A DNA stretch of 64,000 nucleotides from Candidatus Multivorans sp. (GCA_965224025.1 OZ245033.1:3392001-3456000), one strand, 5' to 3'. Shown: positions 42,894-53,046, counted from the first letter of the stretch. The notes: generated by a model not told the origin, from the letters alone. Numbers and translations are program-made.

Positions 42894-44856
42894 CCCGAAG
42901 TTCTGAGGCTCCTGGGGCCTCCTCGTCGTCGAGAGGCGTTGCAGTGCTTGGGTTTTCGGGTGTTGGGCCGCCCCTGTTTTCCGCCATTGGTAGCCATGTA
43001 ATGATCTCGTGGCATGTAGACATTCTGAATGGTTTAGTCTACAATGAGAAGCCATGTACATCGAACGGGTACCCAACCGAAACTCACCACCAGCCGTCCT
43101 GCTGAGAGAGTCCCACCGACAGGACGGAAAGGTCAAGAAACGCACTCTCGCCAACCTCTCCAAGTGGCCCGACCAACTCGTCGAAGGACTCAGAACCCTG
43201 CTCAAGGGAGGAGTCGCCCTGCCTTCGCTCGAGGCAGCCTTCGAGATCCTGCGCGCCAGACCGCACGGCCACGTCGCCGCCGTCCTCGGCGCGGCCCGAA
43301 GCCTCGGCCTCGAACGGCTCCTCGATCGACGGCCCTCGCGGGCGCTGGCGCTGGCCATGATCGCGGCCCGCATCCTCGAGCCGCGATCCAAGCTCGCCAC
43401 CGCCCGCGGACTCGCAAGCGAGACCATGAGCCACACCCTCGGCGAGGAACTCGGCGTGCAGGAGGCCTCGGCCGACGAACTCTACGGCGCCATGGACTGG
43501 CTGCTCGAAAGACAGCCGCGCATCGAGCGGACTCTTGCCCGGCGGCATCTGGAAGACGGCTCGCTGGTGCTCTGCGACGTGACCTCGGTCTACTTTGAGG
43601 GCAGGAAGTGCACGCTGGCCAGGCACGGCTACTCCAGGGACAAGAAGAGAGGCAAGGTCCAGATCGTCTTCGGCCTGCTCTGCAGCCGGGACGGATGCCC
43701 GGTCGCGGTCGAGGTATTCGAGGGCAACACGGCCGATCCGACGACCCTGAACGCCCAGGTGCAGAAGCTCCGCGACCGCTTCTCGCTGGAGAGGATCGTG
43801 ATGGTCTCAGACCGGGGCCTGATCACCGACGCGCGCATCCGCGAGGACCTCGACCCCGCGGGCCTGTCCTGGATCAGCGCCCTGCGCGCGCCGGCGATCA
43901 GGACGCTGGCCCAGGAAGGCCACCTGCAACTGTCGCTCTTCGACCAGCGGAAGATGGCCGAGATCAGGGTCCCGGAGCTGTACCCGAAGGAGCGCCTCGT
44001 GGTGTGCCGGAACCCGCTTCTGGCGGAGGAACGCGGCCGCAAGCGCCAGGAGCTTCTCGAAGCCACCGAGCGCAAGCTCGACGCCGTCGTTGCGGCGACG
44101 CGGCGCAAGAAGAACCCCCTGCGCGGCAAGGACGCCATCGCCGTGCGCGCGGACCGCGCCCGGGGCGCCTACAAGGTCGGCAAGCACTTCGAGGTCGAGA
44201 TCGAAGAGGACGGCTTCCAATACCGCCGCAACGAGGCGCGCATCGCCGAGGAAGCCGCTCTCGACGGCTTCTACGTCATCCGCACCAACGTCCCCGAAAA
44301 CGAACTGCCGGCAGCCGATGCGGTCCGCGCCTACAAGAGCCTCAGCCGCGTCGAACGCGCCTTCCGCTCCTTCAAGAGCGTCGACCTCAAGGTGCGCCCC
44401 GTCCACCATCGCCTGGCCTCGAGGGTGCGCGCCCACGTCTTCCTCTGCATGCTCGCCTACTACGTCGAGTGGCACATGCGCCGGACCCTGGCGCCCATCC
44501 TCTTCGACGACCAACGCCGCGACGACCAACGCGAGTCGCCAGTCGATCCCGCGCGCAGGTCGCCCGAGGCGATGGCCAAGGCCAACTCCCGGAGCACCCC
44601 CGACGGACTCCCCGTCCACAGCTTCCAGACCTTGCTCGCCGACCTGGCCACGCTGACCCGAAACCGGGTGCGGATGCACGGCGACGCCGACTCCACAGCC
44701 GACGTCCTCGCACGGCCCACTCCACTCCAGAACGAAGCCTTCAAACTACTCGGCATCCGCCCCTGAAGCCGACGTACCCAGTACAAGACACCGCCGAACA
44801 ACTGAAAACGCCCACCACTACAGGCGATTTCACGACTTGAAGCTCAGAACTTCGGG
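42894..44856 (+). mobile_element. Complete IS1634-family element
   Basis: 14-bp perfect IRs CCCGAAGTTCTGAG/CTCAGAACTTCGGG flanked by CTAG on both sides. Confidence 0.92.
43054..44766 (+). CDS. IS1634-family DDE transposase
   Basis: LLRESHRQDGKVKKRTLANL, DVTSVYFEG, GYSRD, DRG, VERAFRSFK, RPVHH. Confidence 0.93.
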   Translation: MYIERVPNRNSPPAVLLRESHRQDGKVKKRTLANLSKWPDQLVEGLRTLLKGGVALPSLEAAFEILRARPHGHVAAVLGAARSLGLERLLDRRPSRALALAMIAARILEPRSKLATARGLASETMSHTLGEELGVQEASADELYGAMDWLLERQPRIERTLARRHLEDGSLVLCDVTSVYFEGRKCTLARHGYSRDKKRGKVQIVFGLLCSRDGCPVAVEVFEGNTADPTTLNAQVQKLRDRFSLERIVMVSDRGLITDARIREDLDPAGLSWISALRAPAIRTLAQEGHLQLSLFDQRKMAEIRVPELYPKERLVVCRNPLLAEERGRKRQELLEATERKLDAVVAATRRKKNPLRGKDAIAVRADRARGAYKVGKHFEVEIEEDGFQYRRNEARIAEEAALDGFYVIRTNVPENELPAADAVRAYKSLSRVERAFRSFKSVDLKVRPVHHRLASRVRAHVFLCMLAYYVEWHMRRTLAPILFDDQRRDDQRESPVDPARRSPEAMAKANSRSTPDGLPVHSFQTLLADLATLTRNRVRMHGDADSTADVLARPTPLQNEAFKLLGIRP

Positions 44857-44885
44857 CTAGCGGGCCGGTTGGCTGCGTCCGCGAG

Positions 44886-44915
44886 TTGACAGTGCCGGAG
44901 AGGGGGCCGTATCCT
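44886..44915 (+). promoter_or_regulatory. Sigma70 promoter of tRNA cluster
   Basis: TTGACA - 18 nt - TATCCT, followed by GC-rich discriminator. Confidence 0.65.
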
Positions 44916-44959
44916 CCGCGACTCAGGGCCTGCCGGTTCTCCGGCGGGTTCGCTCCGGC

Positions 44960-45034
44960 GCGGGAATAGCTCAGTGGTAGAGCACAACCTTGCCAAGGTT
45001 GGGGTCGCGGGTTCGAATCCCGTTTCCCGCTCCA
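44960..45034 (+). tRNA. tRNA-Gly(GCC)
   Basis: AACCT-TGCCA-AGGTT anticodon region; CCA end. Confidence 0.97.
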
Positions 45035-45074
45035 TGCGAGCCGCGCCGCTCGAACCGGCGCCGAAGTCTCCCAA

Positions 45075-45149
45075 GGCGACGTGGCCAAGTGGTAAGGCGA
45101 GGGTCTGCAAAACCCTTATTCGCCGGTTCGAATCCGGCCGTCGCCTCCA
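45075..45149 (+). tRNA. tRNA-Cys(GCA)
   Basis: AGGGT-CTGCAAA-ACCCT; CCA end. Confidence 0.97.
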
Positions 45150-45162
45150 GACTTCCTGATAC

Positions 45163-45247
45163 GCCGGAGTGGCGGAACGGCAGACGCAGGGGACTTAAAA
45201 TCCCCCGCCCTTCATGGGGCGTGTGGGTTCGAATCCCACCTCCGGCA
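45163..45247 (+). tRNA. tRNA-Leu(TAA)
   Basis: GGGGA-CTTAAAA-TCCCC, long variable arm; CCA not encoded. Confidence 0.95.
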
Positions 45248-45315
45248 CGCCTCTGCTGTCGTGAACAGGCGTCCCCCGCGGGGAGCGGAAGAAACTGGTA
45301 CTGTTCCGGTCCAGA

Positions 45316-45561
45316 ATGGATCGGACACTGGCCGAGTTGGCGGATTCTGGCGACGACCGGCTGGTCGAGATCGCCGGTGTAGTGGGAGACGGCCCGGTCA
45401 GTTGGCGTCTGCGGGAGATCGGTTTCTGCCGCGGAGCCGCGGTGCGGTTCGTTCGCCGCGCGCCGTTGGGTGATCCGGCGATGTATGAGCTCCACGGCGC
45501 CATCCTCAGCCTGCGCCGCAGTGAGGCGAGTCGGATCCGCGTTCGGTCCCGCGGCTCATGA
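45316..45561 (+). CDS. feoA: Ferrous iron transport protein A
   Basis: RLREIGF, RRAPLGDP, LSLRRSEA. Confidence 0.95.
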   Translation: MDRTLAELADSGDDRLVEIAGVVGDGPVSWRLREIGFCRGAAVRFVRRAPLGDPAMYELHGAILSLRRSEASRIRVRSRGS

Positions 45562-47486
45562 CGGAGCTGGTCCGGCTGGGGCCGGCGCACGCCCCCCAGC
45601 GGCTCGCTCGTATCGCCATCCTCGGAGCACCGAACTCGGGCAAAACGACGCTGTTCAACGCCCTCACCGGGCACCGGGCGAAGGCGGGGAACTACCCGGG
45701 CGTTACGGTCGACCGGCGCGAAGGCAAGCTGCAGGACCGGTTCACGAAAGAGTCCACACGCTTGATCGACCTTCCGGGCGTGTACAGCCTGGAGCCGCAG
45801 TCGGAGGACGAAGCCGTAGCGGCTCGTGTGCTGCGGGGCGAGTTCGGCGAGCCGCCGCCCGACGGCATGGTTGTCGTCCTGGACGCGACGACGATCGAAC
45901 GCGCCCTGCCCCTCGTGGCGGAGGCCGCGAGTCTGGGCCTACCGCTTTGTATCGCTCTGACCATGATCGACGAGCTGAAGGCGCGGCATGGCGAGATCGA
46001 CGTCACCGCCCTCGAGGTCGAACTCGGCGTTCCGGTGCTCGGCGTGGTGGGTAACCGCGGCCTCGGCATCGATGATCTCGGCGCTCTGCTGGCCGGCCCC
46101 GGTGACTGGAGCCCGTCTCCGGCCCTACGGGAGGCCGCAGCGGCGGACACACCGGAGGAGAGGTTCGATTGGACCTACGGAGTGCTGGAGCGATGCCGCC
46201 GCGAGACTCCGCGACCGGATCGCTGGACCCGGAGACTGGACCGGTTTCTGCTCCATCCCGTGCTCGGGCCGGCGGTCTTTCTCACCTTCGTCGCCCTGTT
46301 CTTCCAGGCGATCTTCACCTGGGCCACGCCGGCGATGGACCTGCTGTCAGGGCTCATGGACGGCTTTGCCGACGGACTGCTCACCGCTCTGCCGGACACG
46401 TTGTTGACGCGACTGCTTGCCGACGGCGTGATTCGCGGCGTCGGGGCGGTAGTCGTGTTCCTGCCTCAGATCGTCCTGCTGTTCAGCGTCATCCTGTTTC
46501 TTGAAGGTTGCGGATACATGGCGCGGGCAGCCTTCGTCGTGGATCGGCTGATGGGTTGGGTGGGTCTCGAGGGTCGCTGTTTCCTGGCCCTGCTCTCCTC
46601 GTACGCCTGTGCGGTTCCCGGCATCATGGCGACCCGGACGATCCCTTCGGAACGGGATCGGCTGACCACGATCCTGGTGGCTCCGTTTGCCACCTGCTCG
46701 GCTCGGCTGCCGGTGTACACGCTGCTGATCGCGGCGTTCATTCCCGCCGATCCGGTGTTCGGGCCGTTCACCTGGCAGGGGCTGACCCTGGGCGGCCTCT
46801 ACCTCCTGGGAACGGCAGCGGCACTGGTCTCGGCGGCGGTGCTCAAGCGCGGCCTGCGGCGGGGTGCGTCGCTTCCGTTCTACCTGGAACTGCCGCCGTT
46901 TCGCCTGCCACGGCCGAGCGACATCGCGCTGGGCGTCTGGGACCGCGCGCGCATGTTCCTGCGCCGCGCCGGCACGATCATCCTCAGCGTCAGTGTCGTG
47001 CTCTGGTTCCTGCTCAACCTGCCGCGGCGCGACGCCGACCCGCAGCTCAGCGCCGCGGCCAACCAGCAGGCGATTCTCGAGGGCAGCTACGCGGCTTCCG
47101 TGGGCAGGTTCCTGGAGCCGGTGTTCGCGCCCATGGACTTCGACTGGCGCATCAACGTCGGCCTGGTCGCGTCTCAGGCCGCTCGCGAGGTCATGGTCGC
47201 CACGCTGGCGCAGATCTTCGCCCACGAAGGCGAGGACCGGGAGGGGCTCGGCGGCATCCTGGCCGGCGGCGGCGAGCGCGGGAGCGAGCCGGTGCTGTCG
47301 CGTGCGTCGGCGCTTGCCCTGCTCGTCTACTTCGCGTTCGCCATGCAGTGCATGTCGACCCTGGTCGTGATCCGTCGCGAGACGGGGAAATGGCGGTGGC
47401 CGGCCTTCACCTTCGTCTACATGACCGGCCTGGGCTGGCTGGGGGCCTGGGCCACGTTCCTGGTCGCCACGGCGGCCGGCGCCTGA
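45558..47486 (+). CDS. feoB: Ferrous iron transport protein B
   Basis: GAPNSGKT, NYPGVT, DLPG, GYMARAAF, CSARLPVY. Confidence 0.97.
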   Translation: MTELVRLGPAHAPQRLARIAILGAPNSGKTTLFNALTGHRAKAGNYPGVTVDRREGKLQDRFTKESTRLIDLPGVYSLEPQSEDEAVAARVLRGEFGEPPPDGMVVVLDATTIERALPLVAEAASLGLPLCIALTMIDELKARHGEIDVTALEVELGVPVLGVVGNRGLGIDDLGALLAGPGDWSPSPALREAAAADTPEERFDWTYGVLERCRRETPRPDRWTRRLDRFLLHPVLGPAVFLTFVALFFQAIFTWATPAMDLLSGLMDGFADGLLTALPDTLLTRLLADGVIRGVGAVVVFLPQIVLLFSVILFLEGCGYMARAAFVVDRLMGWVGLEGRCFLALLSSYACAVPGIMATRTIPSERDRLTTILVAPFATCSARLPVYTLLIAAFIPADPVFGPFTWQGLTLGGLYLLGTAAALVSAAVLKRGLRRGASLPFYLELPPFRLPRPSDIALGVWDRARMFLRRAGTIILSVSVVLWFLLNLPRRDADPQLSAAANQQAILEGSYAASVGRFLEPVFAPMDFDWRINVGLVASQAAREVMVATLAQIFAHEGEDREGLGGILAGGGERGSEPVLSRASALALLVYFAFAMQCMSTLVVIRRETGKWRWPAFTFVYMTGLGWLGAWATFLVATAAGA

Positions 47487-47558
47487 GCAACGGCCTCGGC
47501 GAACTTGCGGCGCCGGCCGGCGGAATGGCCGCAACGGGGGCCGGCGACCGGGAGTGAA

Positions 47559-48341
47559 TCAGGAACCGGTGAAACGCGGCAGGCGGCGTTCCGTCATCGC
47601 CCGCACACCCTCGGCGAAGTCCGCGGTCTGCCGCAGCCGGTCCTGCTCGACCTTCTCGTGGTCGGTGGCCGCACGGATCTCGGCGGCGAGCCGGCCGCGG
47701 AGGGTCTCGCGGATCGATCGCACGGCGAGAGGCGCCGAGGCGGCGATCTCTCCGGCGAGAGCCCGCGCCCGTGCCCGCACGTCGTCACGGGGAGCGAGTT
47801 CGTCGCAGAGACCGATCCGCAACGCCTCTTCGCCCTTGACGCGGCACCCGGTGTAGAGCATCTCCATCGCCCGCTGACGGCCGACCAGGCCGGGGAGGGT
47901 GACGGTCAGCCCGAAGCCCTGGATGAAGCCCAGGCGGGCGAAATTCGCGGCGAACCGGGCTTCGGCGCAGGCGACGCGGAAGTCCGGCATCAGGGCCAGC
48001 CCGAGACCGCCGCCGATGGCCGCGCCCTGGATGGCGGCGACGACCGGGGTCCGGGTTTGGAACAGGCGCACGGCCTCGTCGTAGAGGTGGCGCTGCGGGG
48101 TTCCGGTTGCTGGACGCGGAGAGTTCAGGTTCGCGCCCGCGCAGAAGTGCTTGCCCTCGGAACAGAGCACCACGGCGCGGCAGTCGCTCCGCTCGTCGAG
48201 GTCCTCGATCGCTGCCGCCAGCGCGGCAATCAGATCCTGGTCGAAGAAGTTGTTCGGCGGCCGGTGGATCTCCACTTCCGCCACCAGATCGTCGCCGACC
48301 GCGACCGTCACTTCGCCATTCCCGGCGGCGCTTCCGTTCAT
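47559..48341 (-). CDS. Enoyl-CoA hydratase/isomerase family
   Basis: FCAGANL, PVVAAIQGAAIGGG, DFAEGVRA. Confidence 0.93.
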   Translation of the reverse strand: MNGSAAGNGEVTVAVGDDLVAEVEIHRPPNNFFDQDLIAALAAAIEDLDERSDCRAVVLCSEGKHFCAGANLNSPRPATGTPQRHLYDEAVRLFQTRTPVVAAIQGAAIGGGLGLALMPDFRVACAEARFAANFARLGFIQGFGLTVTLPGLVGRQRAMEMLYTGCRVKGEEALRIGLCDELAPRDDVRARARALAGEIAASAPLAVRSIRETLRGRLAAEIRAATDHEKVEQDRLRQTADFAEGVRAMTERRLPRFTGS

Positions 48342-48381
48342 CTCGCTCCTCGCTTTCGCGTCGTGTTCCCGGGCCCGGACC

Positions 48382-49539
48382 CTATCTGCCCGGAACCGGT
48401 GCGGCCGTACCCTGGCCGCGGTAGTCGCCGAACAGCATTTCGACGCCGAAACGCAGGATCGGGACCGAGTCCCTCGGTTCGCCCCGCACGTCGCGCCGCC
48501 AAGCCATGCCGGGACCGATCTCGAGGAAGAGCCACTCGCGGAGGATCTGCTGGCGGTAGATCACCCGCACGAAGTAGTTCTCGATCAGAATCGGTGCGTC
48601 GGTCTCGCCGTTGGCGCCGACCTGGTGGGCGAGGGCGCGGCGGCGGCCAAGGCGGTGGTAGTAGCTCAACTCGGTGAACCAGTCGGCGCCCAGCGTGACG
48701 TCGGAGATCTTCCCGGCGCCGCGCCAACGCATCATCGAGCCGTTGGTGAAGGCGTGCTCGTAGTCGATCCGGGTCGACAGGCCCCAGCCGTCCTCCCGCT
48801 CCCAGAATAGAGCGTGGCGGAAGCGCACGAGGTCCGTGTCCGAGAGGAAGGTCCGGTGCTTGTAGCGGGCGCGCGCGAAGGGTTCGATCGGGAAGTCGAA
48901 GTTCATTCCGACATCGAAGTCGAGGTCCCCGCCGCCGCCCGAGATCGGCCGGTAGCCGAGTCCCACCAACCACTCGTCGTCGGCGGGATCGAACATCGTC
49001 GGCAGAGAGGTGGCGCCGCGGCGCTGGGAGTCCTCCAGCAGGTCCTCCCGGTCATCGCGGCCGATGAAGGCATTGAGACGCCGCTCCATTCTCGGGAAGT
49101 GCAGGCGGGCGCGAAAGCGCACGTCGTCCTTGAAGCCGTACTGCTCGTCCCAGATCACGCCCACCAGGGCCCGGCCGTGCGTCGCTTCGAGTTCCTCGTC
49201 CAGCCGGTAGTCGCCGAACAGGTGGTCGAACCACAGGGCCGTCTCGCACGCCGTCCGGTGGAGGCGCAGGTTGAGCCAGTCGAGCCAGGATCGGCCTTCC
49301 AGGTACTCGGACGCGCACGGGTCGACCTCTTCGCCCGTGACCTCCTCGCCCGCGGCCTCTTCGTCGCCATCGCCGTCGGTCCCGGCCTGGTCCGTGGAGC
49401 GGGTTGCCTGCCGGGGGTCGGGTTCGCGGTCCACGTCCTGACCTGCGACGGGAGCGATGGCGAGAACCGAAGCGCAGAGAACAGCCCATGCCACCCCCAG
49501 CCGAACACGCAAGGGATGCTGCGAGCGTCTTGCCAACAT
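48382..49539 (-). CDS. Hypothetical secreted/outer-membrane beta-strand protein
   Basis: Signal peptide ending VAG|Q; WFDHLFGD; alternating beta pattern; start uncertain. Confidence 0.7.
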   Translation of the reverse strand: MLARRSQHPLRVRLGVAWAVLCASVLAIAPVAGQDVDREPDPRQATRSTDQAGTDGDGDEEAAGEEVTGEEVDPCASEYLEGRSWLDWLNLRLHRTACETALWFDHLFGDYRLDEELEATHGRALVGVIWDEQYGFKDDVRFRARLHFPRMERRLNAFIGRDDREDLLEDSQRRGATSLPTMFDPADDEWLVGLGYRPISGGGGDLDFDVGMNFDFPIEPFARARYKHRTFLSDTDLVRFRHALFWEREDGWGLSTRIDYEHAFTNGSMMRWRGAGKISDVTLGADWFTELSYYHRLGRRRALAHQVGANGETDAPILIENYFVRVIYRQQILREWLFLEIGPGMAWRRDVRGEPRDSVPILRFGVEMLFGDYRGQGTAAPVPGR

Positions 49540-49671
49540 GGGTTCAGGGGCTGTGCCAACCGGCTCACGACCCGACCGCCGGCACCGCCCCATCTTCGCA
49601 CGCGAACCCGGAAATCCGCAGCCGCGAATCCTGCCCGCGTCAGCGCCTGACGGCGCTAGGCTAGGCGGGTC

Positions 49672-51033
49672 GTGCGCGCCCCGGTCGAGGAAACCCACAG
49701 TCTGCCGCACAGCGAGGAGTCTGAGCGCGCGGTGCTCGCCGCGATTCTGCTCGACGCCGACCGGCACCTGGCGGCTACCTCGGTCAGACTGAAGCCGGAG
49801 GACTACTACTTCCAGAGGCATCGGCTGCTGTACGAGGCGATGCTCGCGCTCCAGGAAGCGGACAGCCCGATCGACCTCCGGACGGTGCAGGCGCGGCTGG
49901 AGCAACGAGACCAGTTCGACGCCGCCGGCGGGGTGGCGTATCTGGCCACGCTGGAGGTGGATCTGCCCGACCTCGGCCGGGTCGACTCCTACGTCGAGAT
50001 CATCAAGGAACGGGCCCTGCGCAGGCGCCTGATCGATGCCTGCACGACGATATACAGGACGGCGCTCGACGGCGGTCTCGAGGCGGCAGACGCCCTGGAC
50101 CGTGCGGAGCAGGCCGTGATGGAGCTGAGCGAGGAGGCGGTGGCGCGGAGCTTCGTGCCCCTGGACCAGGTTTACCGCGAGACGGTCAAGCAGTTGGAAC
50201 AGCAAACGGCGGACGACTTCCCCGGCCTGCGCACCGGCTTCGTCGACTTCGACCGCATGACCCACGGTCTCCAGCCGGGCAACCTGGTGATCGTTGCCGG
50301 CCGGCCGGGGATGGGCAAGACGAGTCTGGCCCTGAACATTGCCACCCACGTTGCACAGGAGGAGAAGAAGGCGGCGGGCTTCTTCTCGCTTGAGATGAGC
50401 GAGCGCGAGATCGCCATGCGGGTGCTGTGCTCGACGACCGACATCCCCTTTCACCGGCTGCGCGGCGGCCAGCTCGGGGCGCGTGACTGGAGTCGCGTAC
50501 ACCAGGCGGTGGAAAGCGGCCGGGACTCGACTCTGTTCATCGACGATTCGGCCAATCCGTCGATGCTCGAGGTCGCCTCCAAGGCGCGCCGGCTGAATGC
50601 GCAGCACGGCCTCGCGCTCTTGGTCGTGGACTACCTCCAGTTGATGAACGCGGGGGGCAGGTACGAGAACCGCAACCTGGAGATCGGAGCGATCACGCGC
50701 GGCCTGAAACAACTGGCCAAGGAGCTCGACGTGCCGGTGGTGGCCCTGTCCCAGCTCTCGCGGCTGCCGGAGCGCCGGGGCAAGGACCACCGTCCCCAAC
50801 TCGCCGACCTCCGGGAGTCGGGCAACATCGAACAGGACGCCGATATCGTCATCTTCGTCTACCGCGAGGAGGTGTACGAACCCGACGACCCGGATGTGGA
50901 AGGCATGGCCCAATTGATCATCGCCAAGCACCGCAACGGGGAAACGGGGAGCGTCAATCTCGTCTTCATCGGCGACACGACCACGTTTCGCAACTACGAC
51001 GGCCGTCACACGCCGCCCGAGGGGCCGAACTGA
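49672..51033 (+). CDS. dnaB: Replicative DNA helicase
   Basis: GRPGMGKT, FSLEMS, VDYLQL, LSQLSR, DLRESGNIEQDAD. Confidence 0.99.
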   Translation: MRAPVEETHSLPHSEESERAVLAAILLDADRHLAATSVRLKPEDYYFQRHRLLYEAMLALQEADSPIDLRTVQARLEQRDQFDAAGGVAYLATLEVDLPDLGRVDSYVEIIKERALRRRLIDACTTIYRTALDGGLEAADALDRAEQAVMELSEEAVARSFVPLDQVYRETVKQLEQQTADDFPGLRTGFVDFDRMTHGLQPGNLVIVAGRPGMGKTSLALNIATHVAQEEKKAAGFFSLEMSEREIAMRVLCSTTDIPFHRLRGGQLGARDWSRVHQAVESGRDSTLFIDDSANPSMLEVASKARRLNAQHGLALLVVDYLQLMNAGGRYENRNLEIGAITRGLKQLAKELDVPVVALSQLSRLPERRGKDHRPQLADLRESGNIEQDADIVIFVYREEVYEPDDPDVEGMAQLIIAKHRNGETGSVNLVFIGDTTTFRNYDGRHTPPEGPN

Positions 51034-52196
51034 CTAGCGGCGCCAGCGCCCGGGTCGAGATCGACCTCGGCGCGCTGGCCGCCAACCTGCGTGTGGTTCG
51101 ACAGGCCGTCGGTGAGGCAGGAGTATTCGGAGTCGTCAAGGCTGGCGCCTACGGCCACGGCGCCGTGGCTGTGGCGCTCGAACTGGAGCGGCTGGGCGTT
51201 GACGGGATGGCGGTGGCGCGCGTGAGCGAGGTGGAGGAACTGCGGCGCGCCGGCGTGCGGAGCACGCTGCTGCTGCTGAGCGGACCGGCCTCGATCGAGG
51301 AACTCGAGCGTGCCGTCCATTGGGACGCGACGCCGGTGCTCACGAGGCGAGATCAGGTCGCCGACTGGTCGGCTTGGCGGCGGCGGTCGTCCGATGGCGG
51401 AATCCCCCTTGGTGTCGTGGTCGAGCTGGACACCGGCATGAGCCGCTACGGCGTGCCGCTCGACCAGTGGCCGTCGATGCTCCACGATCTCCGGGCCGCG
51501 TCCGAACTGAAGCTCACCGGCCTGATGTCCCACCTGGCGGAATCCGAATTGCCGGCAAGCCGCTTCACCGGCGAACAGGAGCGACGGTTTGCCGCCGCTG
51601 TGGCGGCGCTCCACCCGGAGGAGCGCCGGACTGTCTCTGTTCATCTCTCGAACTCGTCCGGCGCGCTCAGACGGGTCTCCGCGCGCTGGAATGCGGTGCG
51701 CGTGGGCGGCGCGCTCTACGGGCTTGATCTGGCGGCGCCCGCGGATCCCCTGCCGGCGTCCGGCTTGTGCCCGGTGATGAGCGTGAAGGCGCCCATTCTC
51801 GATCTCCGACAGGTGCCGGCCGGGGCCGGCGTTGGTTACCGCCGAACCTGGAAGGCTCCGCGCAAGGCGACGATCGCTCTGGTACCGGTCGGGTACGGCG
51901 ACGGGTTCAGCACCGGCTTCGGCGCCGGCGACGTTCTGGTGCGAGGCGCCCGCTGCCTGATCGCCGGCCAGATCAGCATGGACTCGCTGACCGTCGACGT
52001 CACCGGAGTTCCCGGCGTGGCGGTAGGGGACGAGTGCGTTCTGCTCGGCGCGCAGGCAGACGAGAGAATCGGCGTCGCCGAACTTGCCGCTCGCGCCGGC
52101 GTCGCGGCCTACGAAGTCTGGTGCGGCTTCAGAAGCCAGCTGCCACGGCTGCTACGCGGGGGGTACCGGCCTATAGGACCGGATCGCGCCCGGTGA
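51030..52196 (+). CDS. alr: Alanine racemase
   Basis: VEIDLGALAANL upstream of the listed start; VVKAGAYGHG, DTGMSR, VGYGDG, GQISMD. Confidence 0.95.
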   Translation: MTSGASARVEIDLGALAANLRVVRQAVGEAGVFGVVKAGAYGHGAVAVALELERLGVDGMAVARVSEVEELRRAGVRSTLLLLSGPASIEELERAVHWDATPVLTRRDQVADWSAWRRRSSDGGIPLGVVVELDTGMSRYGVPLDQWPSMLHDLRAASELKLTGLMSHLAESELPASRFTGEQERRFAAAVAALHPEERRTVSVHLSNSSGALRRVSARWNAVRVGGALYGLDLAAPADPLPASGLCPVMSVKAPILDLRQVPAGAGVGYRRTWKAPRKATIALVPVGYGDGFSTGFGAGDVLVRGARCLIAGQISMDSLTVDVTGVPGVAVGDECVLLGAQADERIGVAELAARAGVAAYEVWCGFRSQLPRLLRGGYRPIGPDRAR

Positions 52197-53046
52197 CGCG
52201 CCGGAACGCGTCGAGATAGCGCTCCCGGGTCTCGTTCACGACCTCTGGCGTCAGTTCCGGCGGCGGAGAGGCCTTGTCCCAGCCGGTGCCGGCCACCCAG
52301 TCGCGGACCGGCTGTTTGTCGAAGGACACGGGCTCGGCGCCCGGCCTCCAGGCCGCGGCGTCCCAGTAGCGCGACGAGTCCGGAGTCAGAACCTCGTCGA
52401 TCAGCAGCAGTTGGCCGTCGACCAGTCCGAACTCGAACTTCGTGTCCGCCAGGATCAGGCCCCGCTGCGCCGCAGATTCGCGGCCGCGCGTGAAGAGTTC
52501 GAGCGTGAGCCGGCGCAGCGTCGCCGCCATCTCCGCGCCCACGCCGCGGGCAAGGGTGTCGTAGTCGATGTTCTCGTCGTGGCCCTTCTCGGCCTTCGTG
52601 GCCGGCGTGAAGATGGGCTCGTCCAGTTTCTCCGCCCGCCGCATGCCGGCCGGCAGGTCGTGACCGCAGGCCCGGCCGGTCTCCTGGTACTCCTTGAAGG
52701 CGCTGCCGGCAAGATAGCCGCGCGCCACGCACTCATAGGGGACCACCTCCGCCTTGCGCACAAGCGCGGAACGCCCTTCCAGGTAACCGGCGTGCCGCTG
52801 CAGGTCGGCCGGGTAGCGCCGCGCGTCGGTCTCGACCAGGTGACCTTGAATCGTGTCTCCGAGGCGATCGAACCAGAAGTTGGTCAACTGGTTCAGGACC
52901 TTGCCCTTGTCCGGAATCTCCGGCGAGAGCACGAAGTCGTAGGCGGACACGCGGTCGCTGGCCACCAGGAGCAACAGGTCGCCCAGGTCGTAGATGTCCC
53001 GGACCTTGCCGCGGCGGGGCGCCGGAAGGCCCTCTAGAACGTTCAT
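52171..53046 (-). CDS. purC: SAICAR synthetase
   Basis: GKVRDIY, SDRVSAYD, ADTKFEFG, DEVLTPDSSR. Confidence 0.98.
   Translation of the reverse strand: MNVLEGLPAPRRGKVRDIYDLGDLLLLVASDRVSAYDFVLSPEIPDKGKVLNQLTNFWFDRLGDTIQGHLVETDARRYPADLQRHAGYLEGRSALVRKAEVVPYECVARGYLAGSAFKEYQETGRACGHDLPAGMRRAEKLDEPIFTPATKAEKGHDENIDYDTLARGVGAEMAATLRRLTLELFTRGRESAAQRGLILADTKFEFGLVDGQLLLIDEVLTPDSSRYWDAAAWRPGAEPVSFDKQPVRDWVAGTGWDKASPPPELTPEVVNETRERYLDAFRRVTGRDPVL

Noticed and set aside
44844-45674. ORFs overlapping the tRNA cluster
   Set aside because: Spurious translations of tRNA genes
49540-51009. N-terminal half of the 875-aa ORF 48382-51009
   Set aside because: Antisense to dnaB; the real gene begins near 49539 at a signal peptide
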